64,000 bases of DNA, taken from contig SMSO01000034.1 in the NCBI GenBank assembly GCA_004764695.1, positions 1,674,001 through 1,738,000 of the forward strand, written 5' to 3'. This DNA comes from Schizochytrium sp. TIO01 (taxonomy: Eukaryota; Protista; Bigyra: Labyrinthulomycetes). The notes beneath the pieces were generated by a model that was not told the origin of the DNA, made no database searches, and was given only the letters and a program-made list of their open reading frames with translations. A program made the translations under genes and the position numbers. Shown here piece after piece: positions 1-12,200 of this stretch; within the stretch, counting starts at the first letter, position 1; each line of letters opens with the position of its first letter.

Positions 1-970
1 GATGCAGTTCACCAAGCCCAAAGCTATGCTTAGCTCCACTCCCAACAGAGGCTCTTGATCGGGTTATAGGTGGTAGTAGGTAGTCGTAAACGCTTCCCAG
101 CTTCTCCAGAAAGGACCAGAAGCTGGGCTCTCTTTATCCATCCGGGAACAAAAGCTGGCGTCCAAGAGACACCACTACCTATGCATATTGTCCCCTATTA
201 CCTACTGTTGAAACATGATTACTATTTAAGGCATCGACCGCCCATGACTGCAAGGATGACGCCCCTAAGTATAACTTTGAAGAGCATGCACGTTCTTCAA
301 GTCTAGAAGTCTAACGTATGACGCGTTTGAACGATTCTGTAATTGTCTGCAGCACTCAAGTTGGCCTTATTGGTTTATAAATAATAATAGACTGCAATCC
401 TTGTGGTTGGACCAAGAAAACTTCATCATTTCTACACGAAGCACGCAAACAATGTCTGCTGGCTGTATCATTCAGTTCATTGCTTTTGTTTATGGCCAGG
501 CTATGACACTATGATAGGTAAATAACAATAAGGCATAATAATATATAAGTAAATTCCGATCTCTGCAGGAAGCGGGAATGGGAAGAATGCTATGACCACC
601 ATTATGACCTTCAAGAACAATGAAATGAAATCACTTCGAAGTCCGTCATTTTATGAGCTGGCAAGAGCAGCAAACTACAATACTGCTTGCCTAGTGCAGT
701 TGCTGACAGATCCAGCTTTGCTGATATACGTTCGATTGAAAGCTTGACCTTGAGCCTGCTCTTCATCGGCGCGTTGTCGAATCAAACTTGTGCACTTTTC
801 GTGGAATCCAATTGCAAATCGCGGTGCAGTTTCACCTTCTTGAGACAGCAAATACCTGAAGCAAAGGTCTTCGCGACAATCGCGAAGTTTTCAAGCCCCA
901 AGGGTGCGACTTGCCTTGTTTGGCGTTATCTAGGAGCGAGCAGAGAAAATAGAGTGGGCTTTTGTTGAAA

Positions 971-2161
971 ATGGCCGGGATCCGAGCCATGGAAGAGGTT
1001 TCTTCGACGCAGAACGGCGTTGAAGCGAGCGTCGTGAGAGCGAATACACGCGAAAACAACTATTTCTGGGGAAGTAAAAAAGTCCTAGTCGATGGGGACC
1101 TAGATGAAGGAGGGGCCTGTGAGGTGGAGTTCACGAACAGAGCTGAAGGTCCGCCCAATGCGGCGCACGGAGGCTCTAGTGCAGCGACACACTGCGCTTT
1201 GCTGTTGAAACCGTGCTCAGAGAAAGCTGGCGTCCCGGAGCAAAGCATTACAACATTGTACACCAAGCTTACTTACCTCAAGCTCACAGCATTGAGCCAA
1301 ACACACCACTTCAAAGTTCTTGAAGTTGACGCCAACCCCACAGAACACGATGATGTAATAGCCTCTGCGCGAGGCCAGATCGTAGATGTAGCGGGCGACG
1401 TTCTCACGGAATCAGAGGTGCGCTATACAAGCACCCTAAATGTGAAGCTTTTGCAGACGCTCAAAAGCAATGATGTTGAGCTCTCCAAAACACCCCTTTT
1501 TGCAACAGTGGTGGGAGGCACACTTGCCAAGATTCAACAAGCTGGGCTCGAGTTGCGTGGGCGGCCTCTTATTGATGAAAGTTTGCTGAAAAACATTGAT
1601 ATGAGCAAGGCAGTGCCTTCTTTGAATAATTTTGAGACCATGGGCCCAAATCCTAACGCCCCTGTAAGTAACATTGAAGGTTACGATTTTGCAGGAAACC
1701 ATAACAATATGTTTCTTTGGACTGCATACTCTGCAGAAAACCAGCACATCTATGCTGCGCTTGCAGTCTCAGGTGCTACGTCGCAGGGTAATAGCCTCAT
1801 TGATGATAAGCCATTTCTGAGCCAGGATGGCCTCTTTGTTGGTCTCGATCATATCATGGGCCAAGTTGTCTTCCTCAGTGGATCTCATTGCGTAACTGCC
1901 TTCCTTGAGGTAGATTACATTAACGCCGTAGAGATCGATCCGACGGCAAACAGCATCATCTACCTTCATTCTTGGGTTGAGCGCATGGAGAATCGCAAGG
2001 TATTTGTGCGTGGATCTGCTCACATCGTGTCTTTGGAGTATGCGAGTTCTTCGAACCCAGAAGACTGGGCAAAAGCACCTGTGATTGCCGAAGCAAAGGG
2101 CCTTTTCGTCCGCATGAGTTTCCCGGGTCGAACAGTACCTTCAACCTCCAGTAAGCTCTAA
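971..2161 (+). CDS. Peroxisomal tandem (double) hotdog-fold acyl-CoA thioesterase-like protein
   Basis: First ATG at 971 (the ORF track starts at TTG 962). Domain 1 has FTNRAEGPPNAAHGG (THEM4/PaaI-type GPPxxxHGG). Domain 2 has GLDHIMG...CVTAFLEVDY...WVERMENRKVFVRG...AEAKGLFV. The protein ends in -SKL (PTS1). Confidence 0.7.
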   Translation: MAGIRAMEEVSSTQNGVEASVVRANTRENNYFWGSKKVLVDGDLDEGGACEVEFTNRAEGPPNAAHGGSSAATHCALLLKPCSEKAGVPEQSITTLYTKLTYLKLTALSQTHHFKVLEVDANPTEHDDVIASARGQIVDVAGDVLTESEVRYTSTLNVKLLQTLKSNDVELSKTPLFATVVGGTLAKIQQAGLELRGRPLIDESLLKNIDMSKAVPSLNNFETMGPNPNAPVSNIEGYDFAGNHNNMFLWTAYSAENQHIYAALAVSGATSQGNSLIDDKPFLSQDGLFVGLDHIMGQVVFLSGSHCVTAFLEVDYINAVEIDPTANSIIYLHSWVERMENRKVFVRGSAHIVSLEYASSSNPEDWAKAPVIAEAKGLFVRMSFPGRTVPSTSSKL

Positions 2162-3738
2162 ACACCTCTTTGGAAGTACCTACTCAAATGCAATGTAACC
2201 TCTTTTCACATTATCTTTGCCATTCAGTTTTGGGTGATGCTGCTTGAAGTTTCTTTGTTATTCTTACTCCTCACTTTGCTCTTTGAGTTCTTGTTCAATG
2301 TGCACCCTAATCAGAGTTTACCCACACAAGCATGAGTCATTATTTCGGCTTGAATACTTCGCTCAATCTTGAAGATTCAACTGATTACCTCTGACTAGTG
2401 AGAGTACCACAAAATAATTTTTGGTACCTGTTTTCTTTGCAGGGTTTGTTTTCTTGATCCAATAACTCAGGGACGAGGAGGGGGCAACACAAAACCTACG
2501 AGTTGTTGAGCATCCGTTACTCCTTATTTAGCTGTGAACCAGCAACTTAATTGAGGGTGATAATGGATAGCACAGATATGCTTAGGGTTGTTGCATGGTA
2601 GAAGCAGAACTGTGGAACAAACATAGCATTGTAACACAATGAGTACACACCTTCAAAGGCGTGGTCACTAATAACTTCGTATTCTAGAATACATATACGT
2701 ACGTACTTTGTATTTCTTTTTATCATAAAATAAGAGCCTCCCTCAGCTCGGCAGCCTTGACAATCGATCTGAGGGTTCAACAAATGTGTTGGTGCTCAGA
2801 CTCGTACTTATCTTCTTTTCTAATTCCTCTAACAATCAAATGTGAAAACAAGAGATTATTCTTGGTACACGCTTTTCTTTTCTTTGTAGGAAAGGCATCC
2901 TTCACCACTTAAAGTTGCTCTCACACCACACAGGCTCTTGCGACCAAGCAACTTCTATACAGAAGAGAGTGTTAGTTCAATCGTATTGCCTATGGGGGTA
3001 GTTGTGTTTTCTGTCAGGAATACGCACCAAACTAGACGGAGCGTGTTTGCGTTCATCATAAAGTCGTAGACCTGACCGTTCCCCGCGCAGGATACTACCA
3101 TTATATCTATCAAGAACAATAGGAGTACCAGAATACCTTAGAATCAAGCAGCAAAAAGTTGACACTAGGGAGTACATAGGCGTCCATAATCACACAGGCT
3201 CTAGGAAGGCTAAATTTAATAACATTGTATGAATAAACTTTATTGTGGACACTCGTATAATAAACTATTACTATTAAACAAGCCGGAGGCCGTCCAGACC
3301 ACTTTTCATCCATCATGAATGAGAGGAGACATCTTAAATCATTGACTGAGAAGTTCAATTCCCAAACCCCCCAGAAGCGATGCTGTAGTGTATCGTGTTA
3401 GTCTTCTGTATGGTCACCTACATCACAGGGGAAGCGTTGAAACAGCTCGGGATATAGCAAGAGCATTGGACGCGTCCCCACTATTAACTCAGAGAACAGA
3501 GCAGCAACGAGACTGCTGGACGTCACTCCTCCCAAACTGATTGTTCTTGCTCACTTTGAATCTACTGTCGTGTGATCTCTTCTTCGGAAGGATTTATAAA
3601 AACCGAAAAGCTTGCTTTGTAGTAGTGATTCTTCATCATAACAAGCAAAGCTCTGCGAAATCCCAAGCTTTAGCAGCAAAACAACAGTCGTAAGAATTAT
3701 TGGCATTCAAGAAAGTTTTACTCTTTCAATCAACCATA

Positions 3739-5916
3739 ATGAAATGGACCCTTCGCAAAGCTGCAGAGCTCCTGAGCTTGCGTAAAACTTTGCCACGAAT
3801 ACTGGACTTCCGCGGAATTCACATAAGCCTACTTCATAAGATTGTAAAAGAACTCCAGGAGAAAACTCTCGCGCCTGGTATTACCCTTTTCGAAACTATC
3901 CGAGAACTCCCAGGTGGGATACCATCCGGATGTACGATTTGCGTAAGAGAACATATTGAAGCTTCTGATGTTACCTTACAAGGACATTATACTGGTAAGA
4001 AAGGCACCATTACAACCCATTTCATATCAGGTAAAGATGCCATTGAGAAGCTACGCAAGGACTGGACCTTTGACGATATTGCTGAATATGTGGTCCTGCC
4101 TTCGGTCTCAAAATTAACGAAGAGTGCTCAGCTTTTCCTTAACACCGTTCCAGAAGTAAGCTTAGCAGCTTCCTTCCGAGGCATATATGTGATTCACGCA
4201 CATCAATCCCGCTTTATGGATCTTGTCCAAGCGATTCAATCATATATCGATCGAAGCCATTTGGACATCTCAAAGCAATATGTGTGGCTTGATGTTCTTT
4301 GTTCGCATCAACCGTTGCTTCTCGGTCGCACTGCTAAACTAAATGCTGAATTGCGAACCCACAAGGACGAAATTATTATTCATGGCTTAGAGGAAGCGAT
4401 TGCCAAATTCAACAAAGTCGTCGTGTTTCTTGACAGTTGGCACAGCCCAAACATCTTGCGTCGTAAATGGTGCCTTTGGGAAATATTTGTGGCACTTCGG
4501 CAGGAACGCTCATTGCATGCAATCTATACACCCGATCAAGAATTTAGTTTTGAGAGTGAGCTGTGCTTGAGTCCAGAACGCATTGCATCGGTTCTGCTGG
4601 AAGGGTTTAAAACACTTGATGCAACATGCTGGTCTACCCGCGACGAGAAATTACTAACAATAAATTTAAGTCAGGATCTAGGCAGCGCTGAAGAAGAAGA
4701 CTCCCTAAGTCTTGTTATGAAGGAGCAAATGCAAACTTGGTACATTGAGATGATTTCCTATGCTATTTTAAAAACATCAATGTCCTCAAGTGCTCACCCC
4801 AAAGCTTCCCTTGAAGATGAAAACAGAAGATGCGTTTCGGAAGCTAACATTAAAGTTCAAGCTGCCATGTTTTTTCGAGCTCAGGGTATGTATGAAGAGG
4901 GTACACGACTTTGTCAAGAAGCATTAGATTTGTTGAAAGCAATGCTTGGACCATGGCATGAGGGTGTAGCGGATACACTGGCAAGCATGGCCAAAATCCA
5001 AAAATCACAAAAGAAGCATATGGAGGCTTTTGAGCTATATCGTGAAGCAATCAGCATAGTTAGAGCAATCCACGGATCTCGAAACCCCAAACTAGCGAAT
5101 TTGCTGATGGATCAAGCTGGAATCCTTCGCACTCTTGGAAAATTGAAGGAGGCAGAAAATGCTTATAATGAAGCCCTTGGGATCCGCAAAAGTCTGTTTG
5201 GTGATCGGCATGTCTCGGTGGGCCAAACCCAGGCTGCCATTGCTTCGCTTGTCTCTGCAGACGGACGCCATGACCAAGCTTTGCAATGTTTTGAGACCGC
5301 CCTGACGATTTTCAAGGAGTCTCTAGGCTCCGACCATCTTAGCGTTTCTGATGTTCTCCTTAATATTGGCAAAGTGCAATCCGCCCAAGACAAGAAAGAG
5401 CAAGCTCTAGAAACCTTTAATAAGGTTCTCAAGCTTCATCAAGGAAAACAGGGCATTGACCATGAGCGCAACATCGCAATTACTCAAAAAAACATCGGTT
5501 TAGTTTATCATACTATCGGTCGATACAATGAAGCCCTCGAATGCCACGAAAAGGCCCTGCACTCATACCGATTAATTTTTGGGCCATGCCACTGCGATGT
5601 AGCACAAATTTTGCAAGCAATCGCAGTTGCTCACCATGCACAAGGAAAACACTTGCAAGCACTAAAATATTATGCGGAGGCCTTGGAAATTGCAAGAGAA
5701 ACAGCTGGTGCAGCGAGTGCTGAGGCTGCCGTCTCCTTGAACGGCATGGCAGCAGCATTTTTTGAACGTGGAGAATTTCATACAGCTCAAACTTATCATG
5801 AGGAAGCTCTTCGAATTCTGCAAGGTCTCCGCGGAGAAGAGCACCCATCAACATGTCGAACTCGCGATCAACTCCGGGAGTGTAGAAGGCAATTGTCTCA
5901 GTCTAGGCGATTCTAG
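3739..5916 (+). CDS. TPR-repeat protein (kinesin-light-chain/NPHP3-type repeats) with an N-terminal HET-like domain
   Basis: ATG at 3739 is in frame with the ORF. About 8 ~42-aa TPRs (e.g. EAYNEAL-type helices, ALEIARE, LGPWHEGVADTL, GEEHPSTCRT). Upstream motifs YVWLDVLCSHQ and LRRKWCLWEIF resemble HET domain motifs. Confidence 0.8.
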   Translation: MKWTLRKAAELLSLRKTLPRILDFRGIHISLLHKIVKELQEKTLAPGITLFETIRELPGGIPSGCTICVREHIEASDVTLQGHYTGKKGTITTHFISGKDAIEKLRKDWTFDDIAEYVVLPSVSKLTKSAQLFLNTVPEVSLAASFRGIYVIHAHQSRFMDLVQAIQSYIDRSHLDISKQYVWLDVLCSHQPLLLGRTAKLNAELRTHKDEIIIHGLEEAIAKFNKVVVFLDSWHSPNILRRKWCLWEIFVALRQERSLHAIYTPDQEFSFESELCLSPERIASVLLEGFKTLDATCWSTRDEKLLTINLSQDLGSAEEEDSLSLVMKEQMQTWYIEMISYAILKTSMSSSAHPKASLEDENRRCVSEANIKVQAAMFFRAQGMYEEGTRLCQEALDLLKAMLGPWHEGVADTLASMAKIQKSQKKHMEAFELYREAISIVRAIHGSRNPKLANLLMDQAGILRTLGKLKEAENAYNEALGIRKSLFGDRHVSVGQTQAAIASLVSADGRHDQALQCFETALTIFKESLGSDHLSVSDVLLNIGKVQSAQDKKEQALETFNKVLKLHQGKQGIDHERNIAITQKNIGLVYHTIGRYNEALECHEKALHSYRLIFGPCHCDVAQILQAIAVAHHAQGKHLQALKYYAEALEIARETAGAASAEAAVSLNGMAAAFFERGEFHTAQTYHEEALRILQGLRGEEHPSTCRTRDQLRECRRQLSQSRRF

Positions 5917-6223
5917 CAGACAGAACTGAACCCATGCAACTAAATCTACAGTCTCTGACCCCCTAATACTATCAATTGACCATGTTAATATGAAAAACAT
6001 ACTTGCTATTTCTTTATACCATAGGTAATGCAAATTAGAAAAGAAGAGAGATAGTCGCATATCCTCTTGTAGATTATGCCGATCAAGCTTTTTGTTAAAA
6101 ACGACGCAACCTTACATTCAATGGTATTGCTCATCTAATTGAAGAAAATAAATCAACAGAAAAGTAAAAATAATGAAAGTTTACAGAGGAGAGCATCCCG
6201 TTTGCTGTTTGTTTATCTAGATC

Positions 6224-9200
6224 TTACTTATTCCTCTTCATTTTGGACGCGACATTCTTTGCGGCATCCTTCATTTTAGTCACAAGCCCCGGTTTACTTG
6301 ACCCATATCCACCACCCACATGCGAAACTTGCTGGGTAGACGAGTTTTTGCGACGAAACTTATCAAGAAAACCTGCTTTCCGGCCACGCCCTGAAGAGTT
6401 AGCTGATGAGTTGGAACCTGCACTCATAGTACGGTTTGCCGTGGGACGCCCCTTGGCAGCAGCTCCGGTTGGAGGTTTAGCAGTAGTCCCAGCCCTTGGG
6501 GTTGCTCCTGCCTTTTTAGGCTCAGGTTTACTGTCATGAGTACGAGACATTTCTTTACGGCGTTCTTGCACCTTTTTGTATTTTTCCTGTTCCTCTTCAG
6601 TCATCTCATCCATTTCGACAGACTTGGTGCCCTTAAAGCCAGCTTTAGCCAAGGCTTCCTGAATCTCAAATGAGGTAGTAATATCGTAAGACTCTTTGCC
6701 CTCCTTCTTGACGCCCTTCCGTAAGAGGAACTCAACAACCTTCGCTTGATTCATAGCGGACGCCCAATAAAGTGGAGTGTGCCCTGAGGTCGCCTTACTT
6801 GCGGAAAGCATTAGCTTACCAAGCCAAGTTTCGTCCATATCCTTGTCCACACCCCGGTCATCAATTTTGTCAAAAGGTTGATTCTTCATTATGAACTTTT
6901 TCACCATTCGCAGGTCACCACGTTTCGCTGCGAGCCAAATGCTGTCATAATCAGGAGTCATCCACTCATCTAAACCATTGTTTTCAGGTGAGGGTTTCAT
7001 GTCCACATCAATAACTTCAACATAGCGATCTGGAGATCGGTAGAGACAAGTCTCATCCCAAGATTCGACTCCATCCTCGTCAACTTTCCATTCGGGAGAG
7101 CGAATTGAGATATCCTCACTTTTACCTCGTTTTTTGAATTCTTTCCATAGGCTGGATTTGCCGTACTGTGCAATGCTAGGACCCCGAGCACGTTTTGTGT
7201 GTTTTCTTTTGGCGTTCTCATCATCGCTGTCATCGTCGCTACTTGAACCATTGCGGTGACCCTTCCGACGGCGATCGTCATCACTATTATCATCATCTGA
7301 GTGTCCATGGCGTCCACCATGTCCAGAGTGATTACGACCCTTCTTCGCATCCTTGCCACTGTTACTAGACTCATCCCCACTCAGCTCGCTTGAACTTGAA
7401 TCATGACGACGCCGAGAAGAAGATTTGGACTTTTTATCATCGCCGCCAGCAGCCTTGGACTTGTGCTTGTGGACATCCTCGTCGCCAGAGTCACTGTATC
7501 CGCTTGAGGAAGATGATGAAGAGTGTGATGAAGATGATGATCGGCGATGACGGCTGGGGCGGTGATGGCCACTGGACGAAGAGGACTGGGAAGAATCATC
7601 AGATGAATGACTGCTGTCGGAATCATCAGAATATCTGCGATGAGTTTTACGCGAAGACTTCCCAGACGATTTCTTGGATGCCGACTTTCCATGATCTGAA
7701 TCAGAGGTTACACTTGAGGTATCATCCTTAGGACCGAGCTTAGTTGGTAGCGATTTAGACGACATACCGGGGAGAGCTACTCCAAATTTAACACCAGGTG
7801 GGTTTCTTCCAGAACTGGCATTTGCTTGTCCTGCTTTCGCACTGATTGCAGAATTCAATTTGCTGGGAAGTTTTGACTTTTGTACACCTGCAGCACTCTC
7901 TTTTCCTTTCGAAGCTGCTGCCGCCGCCGCTGCTGCAGCAGCAAATTGACTCGGCAAGCGTCTCTGAGGAGCAGGATCATCTTCTGATTCGGAGCTATCT
8001 TCTGCGCTACTACCGCTTTCCTCGATATCGCTGTGGTCACCGGTGTTCATTTTCTTTTGTTGACTAAGGAGAGCTGCCCCAAGTTTGCTCGGGAGCCTTT
8101 TCTGCGGCTTCTTGGCATCGGAGGAGTCGTCATCAGAGTCTTCTTCGCTGCTGTCGCTGTCGCTGCTGCTGTGCGCATCGTTTTCATCCTCTTCTACTTT
8201 ACTTTTGGTTGGCAAAGCAGAAGGTAATTTGCTTGGAAGCTGGCTTGGAAGACGTAGCCCTGGTTTAGCCCCTTTGTCTTCGCTTGCGTTAGAGATATCA
8301 CTCTCAGCCTCACTACTTTCCTCATTGGAATCAGACTTATCCTTGGTACTTTGAGAAACCATTTTGCTTGGAAGTTGGGAAACAGGTTTTCCGGAGGATT
8401 CGTGATTCACAGAAGTTGACTTTGGTGGTGAGTCTTTAGGATCTAATTCGCTCTCAGAATCTGATTCCGATGAGCTTTCAGACTCGCTATCACTTTCCCC
8501 CTGTGTGTCGGCTTTCGCATGAGGAATAGGAGCATCCGTTGCAATATTTTCCTGTTTAGCTTGTAATTCGGTAGCTTCTTCTTGACGTTCATCTTCACTC
8601 TCGGATTCAGAAGCTGATAGACTGCTCTTGTTGTCTTCATCCTCCTCACTCTCACTACTTGCATCAGATTCCTCCGCCGCATTTTCGCTGGTTAAGCCTT
8701 CATCTTTAGGACGCTCACCGTGGGTTTTTATCTGAGCTTTGTTTGCTTTACTTGGAGACACAGATGATCTTCCCACTGGAGATCTTGAAAGTCTCTTAGT
8801 AATTTTGGGACTTTCAACTTCGTCAACCTCTGATTCGGAGGCATTAGATTCAGAATCTTCCTCATCAACTTCCTCTTCCTCATCGTGGACAACTTCATAT
8901 TCAGATCCTGAGACCTCCTCTTCACCAGAAGAAAGTGCGGAATCCTCATCTTGGCTTTCATCTATGAGATCACTTTCGTCGTCTTCGATTTCGCTATTGG
9001 CATCATTCTGTTCTTCAGCATCGCCAGCGACCTCATTGTTTTCTTCTTCATCAGAAGAAGAGTCTTCTTCTTCTGATGATTCATTATGTCTTCCATACGG
9101 TACCAATGGCTTTGCTGGGGCTCGAGAAGGAGCAGCCTTAGATTGTGGCGGGGCTTTTCCCGTAACCGGTTGTTTCTTGCCTGCTCTACGAGCTTCAGAT

Positions 9201-12200
9201 ACGCTTGGCGGTTGAAGCTTTTTCACGGCAGCTGTCACAACCGAACCATGAGGAATATGGGGCTTTTCTTCTTGAGATACCGGCGGCGTGGCCTTGTTTT
9301 GAGAAGCCTTTGCTAGCTCATCTTCCTTGACCGCTCGATCTCGCATAATCTTGATCTTTCGAGCTGTCTCGGGCGCGCTAAGCTTACATTTAAGTTCATA
9401 GATAAGATCGCCTTCGCCAAGAACCTCATCTCCCGAATATACACTGCCTGTTTCTGCAGTGTCTGCTTGCTGAGCAACTTTTGAGCCTAATTTAGGTTTA
9501 ACAGGATGAGACCCCTGTTCAGATTCTGCTGATGAAGCATCAAGGTCGCTGCTCTCTAAGGATCTCGTTGAAGTGGTCTGCTCGTCGCGAGGAGTCTCAC
9601 GTATAGTTGCGCGAGAAGGTTTTGCCGCTATCTCTTCTTCCTCTTCCTTGTTGTCATCATCTTCATCATCGTCATCATCTTCATCATCTTCATCATCGTC
9701 ATCTCCATCATCAGTGTAATATTCGTAGGTTTCGCCATCAATATCAACTTCGCGGCCTGGTTTAGCTTGCACTGCAAGAAGCTGACGCAGTGCATTCAAT
9801 TCTTCAAACAAACGTTCTTGCATTGCAACATGCTCAGATTGCTGTGCATCAAGGCGTTGCTCGAGATGAACACAGCGATTTTCCAGTAACTTCTTTTCAT
9901 TCAAAGCCTCCTTACGGAATCGTTGAAGCTCTTTCTTTGATGCTTGTAAAGCCGAATTCGAGATGTCAGTGGATACACTTGATGATTCCTCGTAATACTT
10001 CTCTCGGTGACGCTGCCGCCCTCTCTGTTCTTCTGCACTGGGTACGACAAAATCAAGATCTTTTCCAGCTTCTTTGTGGTGCTGGGTCTGCTTGTAATGA
10101 TAGTCCATGGTAGATTCAGAATCCTCGGAAGTCTGATGCGAAGGGTCGCGATTTGCTTGACGCTTGGAGCTATGATGATTGAAAAATTCTTCGTCATCCT
10201 CCTGACCAGACCACTGCGTCTTATACGATTCTTCCTTTTCAATCTTCCCCATACGGCTTGTCTTCTTGGACGACTTGGCAGCAATTGCTTCGGCAAGTTG
10301 CTCTTTATGTAATGCTACTCGAGCCTTCATGCTTGATACAGCACTTAATATTTCGTCTGCTTCTTCCTTGACAGAAAGTGTGTCGATGCTAGGAAGGGAT
10401 GCAAGCTCTGCAGGTATCTTCGGCTGAAGTGGACGCCGAAAAGAAGGCTGCTTGACATTACGCTCCTTGTGCAAAGCCATACGAGTTTTCATACTTGACA
10501 TTGCGCTAAGCATTTCTTCTGGTCTCATTTTCTTCTCAATAGTCGAGTGCAGCGAGGGCGTTTCAGCTTGTTCATTGTTTTCTCTAGGCACTTTCTTCTG
10601 TTTAGAGGAAGGCGCACTGCCGCCAAAAGCTATTTGCTTGCGGATGGACTTCTCATGGTCTTCGGGATCACCATAGTAGGGATGAGACTGCCGACCAAGA
10701 GGCACCATCTCGTCAGGCACAATGACATCTCCCATTCCGACTTCAATCTCAAACACCTCATCGTCATCCGAAACAATGTTTGTGTCCCTCTTTTCTTTGA
10801 AGGGTGCCACATTCCTCGGAAGAACTCGCTCCTCTGCTTTGCCTCTACCGTTTCCACTATTGGTACTGCTGTAGCTCTTAGCGCTGAGTTGACGCCGAGG
10901 TTTCGAAGGTTGGCTCATTGTTCCAGGGTCTTCCATTGGTTCAAAATGTGAGTGTTTGAAAGGTTTCCCATTCTGCTGGGAGGAGGCAATGCGCTGGCTT
11001 TCTGAGACACGGCTCATGCGCGAAGCAGCTGCCGCCGCCGCAGCAGCAGCTACTGTAATCGGCTTCTCTTCATGCGACGGGGGGCTAGGGGACTTGTGAG
11101 TTTTCCTTTTGCTGCTAGCAGGCTTCTTCACAGGCTTCTCCATTTCCTGTTCACCAAAAGGTTGGAACTCGTAATCCTCTTCTTCGTCAATGCCATCGTC
11201 AATGATGCTATCATCATCAGACCTGCTATGCTGTTCTCCTTCTACACTGTCATGATCTAGGTCATCGTCCTCATCACTACTACTCTCTCCATCTTGTCGT
11301 GGAAATGAAAGTGCATCGGCATGCACAACATCAAGGTCTACCATAATCTGATCAGAGTTGTCACTATCCTGATTTGAGTCTTCATCAGAATGAATCGAAG
11401 TACTATCCTCTTCCTGCTCGCTATCGCTGCTATCTGCAGGAAATCCAAGATGGTCTTTAGGGGATGACTTCGATGCGACGTTTTTCTTCCCCCGAGGCAA
11501 ATAGCTTTCATCAGTATCCATATCGAAGTCTTCTGCGGAGTTGTAAGATCCGGAATCTTCTTCTTCAGAGTCAACACCATCTCTTGGGAATCCATAAGCT
11601 TCCTTTTCAGCTTTCTTCACTGCAAAGTGATCATCGTGGCTATCCGGATCTGAAGACAGCCCTGAGTCTTCACTATCATACTGATCATAGTCGTGTTTGC
11701 GATAGGAGTTCCTGGGAAAAGGGGGTATAGCATCAGAGGAGTCATCCTCCTGATCACTCTCGTTACTGTTAACTCCACTATAACTACCATGAGATGAGAC
11801 ACTTCCTCGGTGCCGAGCATGCCATAAGCGAGATTTGGTGGCAATTTCTTCACAAGAGGTTGCAGAGGCTCGCTCCATGGCATCCATTTGCAAATCATGC
11901 GAGAGTTTACGAACCTGCCTCTCCTTTGACATAAGATTCAAGTAAGCCAGATCGTCATCATGGTCGGCTGGGATTTCAAAGTCATCAGGGTAATCGTCAA
12001 AGTTGTCACTAGGACGAGGCCCTAGAGATCTCGACGAGTGGCCGGAGGACTTTTTGGATCTTAAAGCACTACGCGAGTCACGTTTGTACCTGAGCTCATC
12101 GAGGGTAGGACCTTTCTCGAGCGAGGGCTTACCACAGAGGCGCCTTGCAAGAGATGATGTGGATTCTGCATCCTGAAAAGCAAGTTTCCGCCGCTGAACG

